This document shows, one piece after another, positions 1 to 12,466 of a DNA stretch of 64,000 bases. Below the pieces are notes generated by a model. It ran no database searches. It worked only from the letters and a program-made list of their open reading frames with translations, and was not told the origin of the DNA. The DNA is from Mustelus asterias (lineage: Eukaryota): assembly GCF_964213995.1 (NCBI RefSeq), contig NC_135812.1, forward strand, positions 34,534,001 through 34,598,000, read 5' to 3'. The position numbers and the translations under genes are program-made. Numbering within the stretch: the stretch's first letter is position 1; each line of letters begins with the position of its first letter.

Positions 1-387
1 GTTACCGAAATGGTAATAGTTGGTTCTAAAGGTGGCACGGAGTTATGGTCAGAAGCTCAACTCTGCATCAACTATGAGACCAAATAATCAGGTTCAGCCT
101 TGGACCGCTGCCATGTTGAGTGAGAAATCAGTGGTTAGGGAGCAGGGTTTGTGGTGGGGACTGAATAAAACGCCTTTAGTATTCATAATACTTATTGACA
201 GGAAACTCCTGCTCATCCATTACTAAATGTCAGACAAGTAGTTTAATTGTTGTGATAGTACAAGGATCGCGAAGGGTGGTGCTGAGGGAGAGATGGTGTT
301 GTCAATGTACAAATGGAATGTGACAAAAAAACATTGCCCTCTTTCAACCATTCCCAAACTAAACTCTTGATTTCTAGGTAACAATAT

Positions 388-1622
388 CATACAGTCATAG
401 ATGTTTACAGCATGGAAACAGGCCCTTCGGCCCAACTTGTCCATGCCGCCCCTTTTCTTTAAACGCCTAATTGCCAATTGCCAACTCCCAATTAATTCCC
501 AATTGCCCGCATTTGGCCCATATTCCTCTATATCCATCTTACCTATGTAACTGTATAAATGCTTTCTAAAAGACAAAATTGTACCTGCCTCTACTACTGC
601 CTCTGGCAGCTTGTTCCAGACACTCACCATCCTCTGTGTGAAAAAATTGCCCCTCTGGACACTTTTGTATCTCTCCCCTCTCTGCCCTCTAGTTTTAGAC
701 TTCCCTTCCTTTGGGTTGATCTATGCCCCTCATTATTTTATAGACCTTTATAAGATCACCCCTCAGCCTTCTACACTCCAGAGAAAAAAGTCCCAGTCTA
801 TCCAACCTCTCCTTATAACACAAGCCATCAAGTCCCGGTAGCATTGTAGTAAATTTTTTCTGCATTCTTTCTAGTTCAATAATGTCCTTTCTATGACAGG
901 GTGACCAGAATTGCACACAGTGTTCCAAGTGTGGCCTTGCCAGAGTCTTGTACAACTTCAACAAGACATCCCAACTCCTGTATTCAATGTTCTGACCAAT
1001 GAAACCAAGCATGCCGAATGCCTTCTTCACCACTCTGTCCACCTGTGACTCCACTTTCAATGAGCTATGAACATGTACCCTTAGATCTCTTTGTTCTGTA
1101 ACTCTCCCCATCGCCCTACCATTAACTGAATAAGTCCTGCCCTGGTTCAATCTACCAAAATGCATCACCTCGCATTTATCTAAATTAAATTCCATCTGCC
1201 ATTCGTCAGCCCACTGGCCCAATTGATCAAGATCCCGTTGCAATCCTGGATAACCTTCTTCATTGTCCACTATGCCACCAATCTTAGTGTCATCTGCAAA
1301 CTTACTAACCATGCCTCCTATATTCTCATCCAAATCATTAATATAAATGACAAATAACAGTGGACCCAGCACTGATCCCTGAGGCACACCATTGGTCACA
1401 GGCCTCCAGTTGGAAAAACAACCCTCTACAAACAGCCTCTGGCTTCTACCATCAAGCCAATTTTGTATCCATTTGGCTACCTTACCCTGGATCCCGTGAG
1501 ATTTAATCTTATGCAACAAACTACGATGCGGTACCTTGTCAAAGGCCTTGATAAAGTCCATGTAGACAACATCAACTGCACTACCCTATCTACCTTCTTG
1601 GTTACCCCTTCAAAAAACTCAC
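388..1622 (-). mobile_element. CR1-clade LINE (HER1-like), 5'-truncated, RT C-terminal half plus 3' UTR
   Basis: ORF 695-1561: DFIKAFDKVPH...GVPQGSVLGPLLFVIYINDLD...SKFADDTK...LFSLECRRLRGDLI. The CR1 3' tail (ggaaacaggcccttcggccc; ctatga repeats) lies near 390-450. Confidence 0.93.
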
Positions 1623-1837
1623 TCAGTTAAAATCTCTGGCTTTATGTTACCAAAGTCCTACCACTATACCAACTGGCCTATCTCCTCATTGTTCCAGAAC
1701 TAATTTCCTCTTGTTCATTTAGTTCCCAGTGTCATATTTCTCCTCTGTTGTTAGATTTAGACCTAACCAAATCTGTTGTTAGGTCCACCCTAGCTCTCCG
1801 CTCAGGTTACCAGCACTCCCTTGAGTAGGTATTACCA

Positions 1838-2550
1838 TAATACATAGCCTCCCATCCATTGACCCTGTCTGCACTTCCCACTGCCTTGGAAAAGCAGCCA
1901 GTATAATCAAAGACCTCACACACCCCAGACATACTCTATTCCATCTTTTTCTGTTAGGAAAAAAATACAAAAGCCTGAAAACGCATATCGACCGAATCAA
2001 GAACAGCTTCTTCCCTGCTGCCATCAGATTTTTGAGTTGACCTACCTTATATTAAGCTGACCTTTCACTACGTCCCATTTGCAACTGCAACCCCATATTC
2101 TGCACCCTCTCCTTTCTTTCTCCCCATGTACTCTATGTACGCATGCATTATAGAATCCCTACAGTACAGAAGGAGGCCATTTGGCCCACTGAGTCTGCAC
2201 CGACCACAATCCCACCCAGGCCCTATTCTCGTAACCCCACATATTTACCCTGCTAATCCCCTGACACTAGGGTCAATTTACCATGGCCAAGCAACCTAAC
2301 CCACACTGTGGGAGGAAACCGGAGCACCCGGAGGAAACCCACGCAGACACAGGGAGAATGTGCAAACTCCACACAGACAGTGACCCGAGGCCGGAATTGA
2401 ACCTGGGGCCCTGGCGCTATGAGGCAGCAGTGCTAACCACTGTATCACCGTGCCGCCCCATGTATGGGATGTTTTGTCTGTATGGCGCATAAGAAACAAT
2501 ACTTTTCACTGTATCTCAATACATGCGAGAACAATAAATCAAATCAAACA
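1838..2550 (+). mobile_element. Rex1/Babar-type LINE 3' end, interrupted by a SINE
   Basis: Encodes a degenerate ...KYKSLKTHIDRIKNSFFPAAIRFL C-terminus and ends in aataaatcaaatcaaa. The same tail occurs at 7520-7670 and 56720-56900. Confidence 0.7.
2150..2458 (-). mobile_element. HE1-type tRNA-derived V-SINE
   Basis: tRNA-like head (gggcggcacggt...gtggttagcactgctgcc, B-box ggttcaattcc), V-domain core gtgtggagtttgcacattctcc and a CR1-like tail. Confidence 0.9.
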
Positions 2551-3430
2551 TAACCAACACTTCTTTCCTATACATAGATATTTGTTCATTTACAATAAAC
2601 GGGTGTTCCAGTTTGGCATTCCAGTTGATTTTATTGTCTTGCCACACCTCAGTATGGACTCTCCCTGTGGGCTGCAAAGGTTACCGACTCATCTTCTGGC
2701 CTATTGTTCCTGTATTGCTACCTATGAAGAAATATAGTATCTCTTTCTTTTTCCTTCAGATGGCGTTTACACGGTCGTGTGAGGAAACTGGGTGAATTTC
2801 ACGACTATTTTTGATTACAAAAGGAAATCAGCGATGGCCGAGGGTTTTAGTCGTCTCAGAATAACGACACAATGGATCAAAATGATTGTCAAAATATTCA
2901 TCAACTTAAAATAGAATTAACTCCTCCTCCATACTTCAAATGAAATGTTTCACCGAGTGAATTTCAGGCTGGATGTTGGTGATGGTGTAGGCAGTAGTTC
3001 GAGTTATTTACAATTGATCATGGGTCCCTTTGGAACTTATTCTTTGAAAAATTATGTCGACCTCATTCTCGGTTCAAACTACGTGATTTGTCTAATCGTT
3101 ACGTAAAGCTGAATGATTTGTTGAGTTGATCAATTTCAGGAAAAATACAGTAAAGTTGTTTCTGCTAAGCTCTGGTATGATGGCGAGTGGTGTGATGCTG
3201 GATATATTGGGCAGGAGTTTCCGGCTAAGCTCGCCCCAAAACAGGAAAATCCCACTTGAGGGTAACGGACCTTTGCACGGTTCGCAATGTTTATTTACAC
3301 AAGGTTGAGAGATTTCAAGGACTTGTCGTTTCAGTTATTGATATTTTAGAGGGTCTGGAAAATTGACATTTTTTATTGCCCTGGAGTGAAATAAGTTTTT
3401 TTAACATAGAGCAAGGTAATAAATGAAAGA

Positions 3431-3655
3431 ATGACAGGTCAGAGGCTAGGAATCCTGCAGCGAGTTACTCACCTCCTGATTCCCCAAAGCCTGTCCACCA
3501 TCTACAATGTCAGGAGTGTAATGGAATATGCTCCACTTGCCTGGATGAGTCCAGCTCCAACAACACTCAAGCTTGATACCATCCAGGACAAAGCAACCCA
3601 TTTGATTGGCGCCACATCCACCACCATAAACATTCATTCCCTGCACCACCGCTCT
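3431..3655 (+). mobile_element. L2/Crack-like LINE fragment
   Basis: GQRLGILQRVTHLLIPQSLSTIYNVRSVMEYAPLAWMS...LDTIQDKA is an RT thumb region. A near copy lies at 15781-16345. Confidence 0.75.
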
Positions 3656-3949
3656 AAACAGAATCTGATTAGCATATTAAACAGTTATAATAAACCCAGA
3701 ACACTACACGTATTAGCTGCAGGCTGCTGTAGAACCTGCACCCCACCCCCTCCCCATTGGGGAGCCACTTAGAATGGAAGCTTTGCTCCTCCCTAACTGC
3801 TCATCTCTGCAGGTTTCTGATCAAAGTTATGGTATCAAATAGTGGAAGAAGTGAAATACAGAAGAAAGTCTCCTCTTTATATTAATTTCACATTTGGATT
3901 TAAAATATTGCTTTTGACCTGCAGCTCATACGCCAGAATTTTACAGCAC

Positions 3950-4127
3950 CACCCCCCCTCCCTCGTCTCCCCTACCCCCCCCCCCATCCCCCCCCCCCCA
4001 TCCCCCCCCCCCCATCCCCCCCCCCCCCCCCATCCCCCATCCCCCCCCCCCCCATCCCCCCCCCCCCCCCCCCCCCATCCCCCCCCCCCCCCCCCACATC
4101 TCCCCCCCCCCCCCCCCCCCCCCCCCA
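3950..4127. repeat. Poly-C low-complexity tract, roughly (C9-20 AT)n; G-quadruplex-prone on the - strand
   Basis: Long C runs separated by at/ct, seen directly. Confidence 0.9.
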
Positions 4128-4614
4128 CAATGGCCTGTCTCCCCCTGGCACATGGGGCCGACTATTTAAATTGCCATTTACTTCAGAGGGACTGTAATAT
4201 CCCATTGGGCAGGAGGGGTTGTAAAATCCTGGCCACAATTTTGATTGGAGCTTATTGTGACCATGGATATAAAGGGATCCTTCAGCATATGCTAATTTAT
4301 AAATGTGTCCATAATTTATATTCTGAACAAACAGTCGTAAAGAATTCATTCTGAACACAGTGACTGGATCAACAGTGGGTTAACTGGATTGAAAACAGAT
4401 CTTATCAGAACTGTCCTTGTAACATGTTTCTGTGAAAAATAAATTTTTTAGGAAGTGAAAACACAATTGGATGTCAATTTCCAGAAGTATTCTCCTCCTG
4501 GCTTCATTTCACAGTCAAAACTGTACAGGTTAAGAGTTAAAGCTGCAACTGCGTCTTATTTGTCTTTGGATGTTGTGAGACAGTGAGTGTAGGAGTTAAT
4601 AATAATCCCTAATT

Positions 4615-4801
4615 AAGAAATCATAAAAACCCTACAGTGCAGAAAGAGGCCATTTGGCCCATCGAGTCTGCACCGACCACAATCCCACCCAGGCCCTACC
4701 CCATATCCCTACATATTTACCCACTAATCCCTCTAACCTATGGACACTAAGGGGCAATTTTAGCATGGCCAATCAACCTAACCCACACATCTTTGGACTG
4801 T

Positions 4802-4832
<31 letters not shown>

Positions 4833-4940
4833 ACGCAGACACAAGGAGAATGTGCAAACTCCACACAGACAGTGACCCAAGCCGGGAATCGAACCCAGGT
4901 CCCTGGAGCTGTGAAGCAGCAGTGCTAACCACTGTGCTAC
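4615..4940 (-). mobile_element. HE1-type V-SINE
   Basis: Same head, core and tail as the other copies. Confidence 0.9.
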
Positions 4941-5487
4941 AGAGTACGTCAAGAGTATGTTAAATGTCAGCTATTTAGGGAATGCTCAGGGAGTAATTAC
5001 ATTTAGTGTGGATTTCCCTCCTCTGAAACACATGATTGAACAAGTTGGATATTTACAAGATGCCAACTTTCACTGTTGTGCTTCTCTGATCCTAGCTTTA
5101 ACTTGCCACGTTGAGATTTGAATTCACGGCTTATTGCGTTACTAAAGTCCAAAGCCTTAAACAGTAGGATATCGTGTATGCTGTGAGTTTTGTGCTGTAG
5201 ATTTTAGTGATGTCGGTGTAAGGAATTGAGAGATCACCACTCAGCTCTGTAGCTCCAGTGCACTGTATCATTAAATGACAGTTTGTTGTCATGAAGGTTT
5301 CAGCACATAATGTGCGTGTTAGTCACTGGCCTGTGTAGGCTGGTGACGGATTGCTCATTTGAATTATAGGATAAAGCTCAGCACAATACAAGATTCACAT
5401 GATGGCACTGAAGATTCTGAAGATTCACATGATGGCACATTGGCAGAGTGCCACTATATATGGGAAACTGGCACGAGCCACTGCAAT

Positions 5488-5765
5488 GGTAAAGACACAG
5501 TGGTATTGTCACAGGAATAGACCCAGGGTAATGCTTTGGGGACCTGGGCCATGACAGAAGGTAAAATTTGAATTCAATAAAAATAAGTCTGGGATTAAAA
5601 ATCTAATGGTGACCATGACGCCATTGTCAATTGTCATAAAAACCCATCTGGTTCACTAATGTCCTTTAGGGAAGGAAATCTGCCATCCTTACCTGGTCTG
5701 GCCTACATGTGACTCCAGACCCACAGCAATGTGGCTGACTCTCTACTGCCCTCTGAAATGGCCTA
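5488..5765 (+). mobile_element. Second SINE family (tRNA-like head, L2/Crack-type tail)
   Basis: Core aaaacccatctggttcactaatgtcctttagggaaggaaatctgcc...cctggtctggcctacatgtgactccaga recurs at 9715-10075, 10370-10710 and 29745-30100. Confidence 0.75.
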
Positions 5766-5871
5766 TGTGGTTGGGTTTAGGGAAATAATGACACTTTGGA
5801 GAGTCTTATTGCCACTGGAACTGTGGGTAATTCAGTTCTGCTCCAGCCTTTAAAAGGGTGAAACCAGAAAA

Positions 5872-5999
5872 TGGCTGGACTTTTACTGACCTGCCCACCA
5901 CAGGAATCAGAATGGGCAAGGGGCGGAGCACGGGAAGGTCTGTTGACATCGGGGGAGATTTTACAGTTTCGGGATGAGCGTGGCTGTAAAATCCCACCC
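5872..5999. mobile_element. Degenerate Harbinger-type MITE
   Basis: Ends tggctggacttttac ... gtaaaatcccaccc resemble the TIRs and size of the 59453-59581 MITE. Confidence 0.5.
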
Positions 6000-7714
6000 A
6001 AAGTGTCCATCATTTATTTTCTGACAAACTGGACCACCCACAAAAATGTTAGCATCAGCTAGAAGAGTTACTAAATTGCGAGATACATCTGTGGGGAACC
6101 TTTTACAGAAATCATAGCTACAGCAACAAGACCACACTGAAGGCAGGAAGCCATATGAGTGGATTGTTCAGGCCATAAGGACTGAGGTGGCTACAGCTTT
6201 CAGGCCAATGCCCGATAGCCCATATGCCAAGGCGCAGTGCTGGAAGGAGTTTAATGTCTTCTCAAGAGGAGCCAATACACGTTAATTCACCATCAGGCAA
6301 TACAGATCTGATACCACATAGCCTTCACTCATTACCCATCATCCTCTTCTCTTTCACAGTATGGTTGCCAGAGGAACTCATTTATGGAGTCCTTTCCAAA
6401 CACTTACCACCAGGTTAGTCAAAACTACTGTGCTTACTCACATTGCCAGTCACAAAGGCAACAGCTAGTCTTCAAAACCATATCAGTTAAAGAATAGTCA
6501 TGGAATGCATACACTCTTCAGGGAGAAGGCTGTCCCTACACCCATTGGATGGACCACACCCTTCTACCTACAGCAGGGAGAGGCCCAACCTAGATGGGTA
6601 GCCCAGCAGTTTTTACTGGACAAGGGGATAGTCCCCTCCACCCCACCCAGGTCATTCCCCCCTTTACTCCTCCACCTTGGCCTCTTAAGCCCAGTCCCCG
6701 CACCCCTCAACCCCCTTGTGACTTGCCAGCCACAGCCTACTGAGACGTCTCCATAACCTCCTTTACTTTGGAATTGGCTGTGGGTCCCAGCTCTGGCCAC
6801 TGGAATCTGGGACTACACAGTCAGCCAAACAGATTGGCGAGGAGCTCCTCAAGGCGGAAGTTCCTCCCAGGTGGGGACAGAACCCTCTCCCTGAAGCAGC
6901 TAATGTCCCACTGAATGTAGAGTGATGGCACTGCCAGCTTTTTTGGAGGGTGGCAGTGCAGGGAATATAACACAGTGGCAGGGTGTGGTTGAAGGGAGGT
7001 TGGCAGGTGCAGGGAATATAATAGCTTGTAAAATCCAACCTGTTTCAGGTTGATAATGTTCCTGCTGAATTTCCAGGAAAAGCCACCGATGTGAAACATT
7101 TTCTGTTTTTCTTTCCACAGATGCTGCTGGATCTGCTGAGTATTTCCAGCATTCTCTGTTCTAGCTCCAATTTCCAGCATTGGCAGAATCGTGCTTTTGT
7201 ATCCATCTTTCTTTGTGTTCCTGTCTTTGCTGTCTGATTACGCCTCTGTGAAACATCTTGGGACATACTAAACGCAAATTGCCATCACCATCACTTTCTA
7301 TGCTTGCACCATGTTTTACCACTCCTTCCTGAACTGTCGCTTACTTCCAGTTGTCATTCCCTGGTGTGCTTTTCTTAACCTTGCCAACAATACCCCCCTT
7401 CCCCCTCTCTTTTCATTCTTTCAATCCCCAGTTCTTATCCTGTTACCTTTCCCTTTCTTTCTAACTTCCGTCACCTTACCTCGCCTTTCCCATTCATTTC
7501 CCCTCTTTTCTTTCACCTACACCCCAGCTGTGACTGGAACACTATATCCTGCAGCCTTTCCTTTCCTTCTCCCCATGTACTCTATGAACGGTATGCTTTG
7601 CTTGTATAGCACAAGAAACAATACTTTTCACTGCATCCCAATACATGTGACAATAATAAATCAAATCAAATATAATCACTTCCTCCTTCAGGCCGCTGCC
7701 CCCTTTTAATTGTT

Positions 7715-8802
7715 GTGATAGAAAGCAGAGAGTTGGAATAAACGGGTGCTTTTCCGGTTGGCAATCAGTGACTTGTGGCGTGCCGCGGGGATCGGTGCTG
7801 GGGCCTCAACTATTTACCATATACATAGACGATCTGGAGGAGGGGACCGAGTGTAGGGTAACAAAGTTTGCAGATGACACAAAGATGAGTGGGAAAGCAA
7901 ATTGCGTGGAGGACACAGAGAGTCTGCAGAGAGATTTGGATAGGCTAAGTGAGTGGGCAAGGATCTGGCAGATGGAGTATAACGTTGGTAAGTGTGAGGT
8001 TATCCACTTTGGAAGGAATAATAGTAAAATGGACTATTATTTAAACGGTGAAAAATTATAACATGCTACTGTGCAGAGGGACCTGGGGGTCCTTGTGCAT
8101 GAATCACAAAAACTCAGTTTGCAGGTGCAGCAGGTAAGCAAAAAGGCAAATGGAATGTTGGCCTTTATCGTGAGAGGGATGGAGTATAAAAGCAGGGAGG
8201 TCATGCTGCAACTGTACAGGGTACTGGTGAGGCCGCACCTAGAGTACTGTGTACAATTTTGGTCTCCTTATTTAAGAAAGGATATATTAGCTTTGGAGGG
8301 GGTACTGAGAAGGTTCACCAGGTTGATTCTGGAGATGAGGGGGTTAGCTTATGAGGAGAGATTGAGTAGACTGGGTCTGTACTCATTGGAATTTAGAAGG
8401 TTGAGGGGAGATCTTATAGAGACATATAAGATAATGAAGGGGCTAGACAGGGTAGAAGCAGCGAGGTTATTTCCACTTACAATGGACACAAGAACTAGGG
8501 GGCATAGCTTCAAAATACGGGGGAGTCAATTTAGAACAGAGTTGAGGAGGAACTTCTTCTCCCAGAGGGTAGTGAATCTTTGGAATTCTCTGCCCAATGA
8601 AGCAGTAGAGGCTACCTCGTTAAATGTGTTTAAGTCACAGATAGATAGATTTTTAACCATTAAGGGAATTAAGGGTTATGGGGAGTAGACGGGTAAGTGG
8701 AACTGAACCCACTATCAGATCAGCCATGATCTTATTGAATGGCGGAGCAGGCTTGAGGGGCTAGATGGCCTACTCCTGCTCCTATTTCTTATGTTCTTAT
8801 GT
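7715..8802 (+). mobile_element. CR1 LINE 3' part, disrupted RT
   Basis: ORFs 7768-8061 (GVPRGSVLGP...KFADDTK) and 8071-8688 are separated by a stop codon. Tail ttcttatgttcttatg. Confidence 0.93.
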
Positions 8803-8910
8803 AACCAGCTGGCTTCCCACCAGTTAGAAAGAGGGCCCCAGGCTTTCAGAAAGACAGCTGTAGCTGTCACCCATATCTGCCTGTCTGCTACTTAACATTA
8901 GTTAACATTA

Positions 8911-9262
8911 GGGGCGGCACGGTAGCACAGTGGTTAGCACTGCTGCTTCACAGCTCCAGGGACCCGGGTTCGATTCCCGGCTTGGGTCACTGTCTGTGTG
9001 GAGTTTGCACATTCTCCTCGTGTCTGCGTGGGTTTCCTCCGGGTGCTCCGGTTTCCTCCCACAGTCCAAAGATGTGCAGGTTAGGTTGATTGGCCAAGCT
9101 AAACAAATTGCCTTTAGTGTCCTGGGATGCGTAGGTTAGAGGGATTAATGGGTAAATATGTAGGTATATGGGGGTAGGGCCTGGGTGGGATTGTGTTCGG
9201 TGCAGACTCGATGGGCCGAATGGCCTCTTTCTGCGCTGTAGGGTTTCTAAGATTCTAAGATT
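8911..9262 (+). mobile_element. HE1-type V-SINE, full length
   Basis: ggggcggcacggtagcacagtggttagcactgc...ggttcgattcccgg...gatgggccgaatggcctc...ttctaagattctaag. Confidence 0.92.
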
Positions 9263-9714
9263 AACACCCACTGGCTTGAGTTCTTGCTCCACTGGTTCCA
9301 TTTGTTTTACTTCAGTGGGCGTAGGATCAACTGAAGTTGAACCAAGGCAGTGCAAACTTGTATTTCTGCAATTAACTTCATGGGGATGTGTTATAGGGTG
9401 TTCTACCCTTTCCATGAAAAGACAATAAGTCATTCACTGTCAATGATCCACAAAACAGCTTGATGCTATTTGGTTAAACCTGATCTTTATCATTGTTATG
9501 TTTGCGCCCATGATTTAAGGTACCTAAAGAACCACGAGATAGGCGTGGTAACCTGAAACCTGGGAGCTCTTTATTGTAGGTATGCACCATTCCACAGTCA
9601 GATCGAAGGCTGCACAAGCAGGTCCCACACTGGGAGGAGCTAATTCCCCCAGGGCCATCTGATCCACACTCTTAAAGGAGTAGTACGCACCCCAAATCCC
9701 AACATAGCCCAAAA

Positions 9715-10075
9715 GGGGAGGCGATGGCCTAGTGGAGTTATCACTAGACTATTAATCCGGAAAATCAGCTAATGTTCTGGGGACCCAGGTTCAAAACCTG
9801 CCACGGCAGATGGTGGAATTTGAATTCAATAAAAAAAATCTGGAATTAAGAAGCTACTGATGGCCATGAAACCATTGCCGATTGTTGAAAAAACCCATCT
9901 GGTTCACTTGTGTCCTTTAAGGAAGGAAATCTGCCACTCTTACCTGGTCTGGCCAACGTGTGACTCCAGAGCCACAGCAATGTGCTTCACTCTAAACTGC
10001 CCTCGGGCAACTAGAAATGGGCAATAAATGCTGGCCAGCCAGCGATGCCCATGTCCCACCAATGAATAAAGAAAA
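9715..10075 (+). mobile_element. Second SINE family, near full length
   Basis: Head ggggaggcgatggcctagtgg...ggttcaaaacc. Tail gggcaataaatgctggccagccagcgatgcccatgtccc is shared with the L2/Crack-like LINE end at about 16290-16345. Confidence 0.78.
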
Positions 10076-10922
10076 ATTATATATATATTACACAAATAGG
10101 AATGGGTGACAGATTGTTCTATCCTTCACAGGAAAAGACAATAAATCAATCACTGTCAAGGATCCACAAAACAGCTTGATGCAATCTTTATCATCAAATA
10201 CTCCCTTCCTCAATATCCTGAGAATGGGTGTTGCAAGTGCTGGCACAAAGCAGGAACATTTTCGGGTGGTGTAAAGCCAGTCCGTGACTGTTTCACGCTA
10301 GGGGCATCATCTCAGCTGAGGGATATAGTAGAAAATTGGTCCTGTCATTGGAGTAGCTTGGCCTAACGATCTGGAGATGTCGGATCAAGTATCACCATGG
10401 CAGGTGAGGAATTTCAATCCGATAAATTAAAGCTGCTATCACTACTGGGAGCAAAATCATGTGGATTGTTCAAAAACACATCTGGTTCTTTCAAGTCCTT
10501 TAGGGAGAGAAATCTGCTATCCTTACCTGGCCTGGCCTACACTTGACTGCAATCCACAAGCAATATTGTTACCTCTTAACTGCCCTCTGCAACGCCAGAA
10601 CAAGCCTTTCATTGATATTTCACAAGGCACACACATCACCTTCTAAAGAGCAATTAGGCATGGGTAACAACTGCTGACTTCATCAATGATGCCCACCCAA
10701 TAAATGAATTTTTAAAAAAGAGCTCAACTCTGTCCTTTGGCTACTCAGCTCCTGGAGTTTCCAGTATTCCCTCTTCATATCCAGAGGAGTGTCATTTTTC
10801 AGGAATGGAGAAAGGTCATCACAACCAATTGTAGATTAAATTACTGATGGATTTCTAGTTGCTGTCAACTTAGCCCTCACTTTATGAAGCTACATTGTTT
10901 TTGAATTGAGTGATCATTGCCA

Positions 10923-11215
10923 TGGGTGGCACAGTGGTTAGCACTGCTGCCTCACAGCGCCAGGAATGTGGGTTTGATTCCCGGCTTGGGTCACTGTCTG
11001 TGCGAAGTCTGCAGGTTCAACCTGTGTCTGCGTGGGTTTCCTCTGGGTGCTCCGGTTTCCTCCCACAGCCCGAAAGATGTGCTGGTTAGGTGCATTGGCC
11101 ATGCTAAATTCTCCTTCAGTGTACCCGAACAGGTGCCAGAGTGTAACAACTAGGGGATTTTCACAATAACTTCATTGCAGTGTGAATGTAAGCCTACTTG
11201 TGACTCTAATAAGTC
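10923..11215 (+). mobile_element. V-SINE variant with a different 3' tail
   Basis: HE1-like head and core, followed by gtacccgaacaggtgccagagtgt...cttcattgcagtgt. The same variant occurs at 39608-39920. Confidence 0.8.
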
Positions 11216-12466
11216 AATTTACGGGAGTCTTTAAAGTTTTAAAAGATTTTGGTAAAGCTGAATTTCCCCCCAGAGTATTCCACCCCAATGACTGTGCCAC
11301 CTCCGGGTGTAAGGGGGTGTTGTGTCACTCTGGACAAACAGGAATGATTGACTCAATACCATGCAATGTATGTATACAACAATCTTGATCAGACAACTAT
11401 GAAACAATCATATATGATTAAAAAGAAAATTAAAGAAAGATAACTGTATTAAAAAGAAAAAACACAAATATATTTATGTTGTAAGATAGGAATAAAGACA
11501 ACTTTAGATACATACTATATTAAAAATGCGAAAGCCAAATTGTTCTGTTCACTACAGCTCCCCAAGATGGTGAAATTCCCCATTGGTTCCTACATCACCA
11601 AGTCTCGGAATAAACTTACACAGTGGTGGAAACTCCAATCAGTCACTTTGTCAGCAGTCCTCAATCTTCAATAGCTTTGAGTGGTTGACTAATCCACTCC
11701 AGCTGCAGATCTAAATGTTGGATCCTCTGCCCCTTTAAGTCCAATTTCTGGCTCCATTCCAGACTTTTGAGGTTTTATTCAAACTTTCTCAAAACAAGGG
11801 TCTGGTAAACTTGAGTCTTTATCAAATTCTCCATCTCGGTACTTGTGGTAGTGTGGCCTCCTTAAGGGGGTGATCCCTGAGAGCCACATGCTCGGGCCAG
11901 ACCCTATGAAGAGGCAGAACAGGAAGCCAAGCTGATCGGTGCAAGCCCACGCATCCCGGACCAGAGAAGAACCTCAGTTGGAGCTGGGGAGCAGAAAGTG
12001 AGTGGACGTATACTGTAGTTCTGTTAAACCATTGCTTGCACATGTATAAATATTGTTGGTAACAAACGGGCGGCAGGGCAGCACAGTGGTTAGCACTGCT
12101 GCCTCACAGCACCAGGGACCAAGGTCTTGGGACCTACAGTTTATAATATCACTACTGATTACTGTTGATGCATTATATTGGGAGGTCCGACCTGCAAAGA
12201 GTCTCCTGTTCTGGAGTAAGTGTGCCTTTCTTGGCCTGACTTGTTAGAGGTGGTGGGATCACTGGCAGAGGGAAGTTGGAGCCATAGCGTACCTTGGAGT
12301 GTCCTGGCTGGTGATGCTTAATGGCACCTCCTGGGCATGTTGAGGGCACCCGGAAGGGGTTTGACATCCTTGCCTAACCACTCTGGGATCCTGTCCTTGG
12401 CTAAAGCAGTGGAGTGCAGGCCCGAGTACAAATCTGGCTGAAACAGCTGGACCTGAGTCTCCAGGT

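Noticed and set aside
3842-4358. Poly-Pro/poly-Gly ORFs (formin- or extensin-like)
   Set aside because: These are translations of a poly-C tract, and the flanks have no domain similarity.
8911-8985. tRNA genes at the SINE heads
   Set aside because: A- and B-box-like motifs are present but continue into SINE core and tail in every copy, so they are tRNA-derived SINE heads.
11318-12150. Solo LTR(s)
   Set aside because: TG/CA-like ends and composition are suggestive, but there is no TSD, second copy or internal domain to support boundaries.
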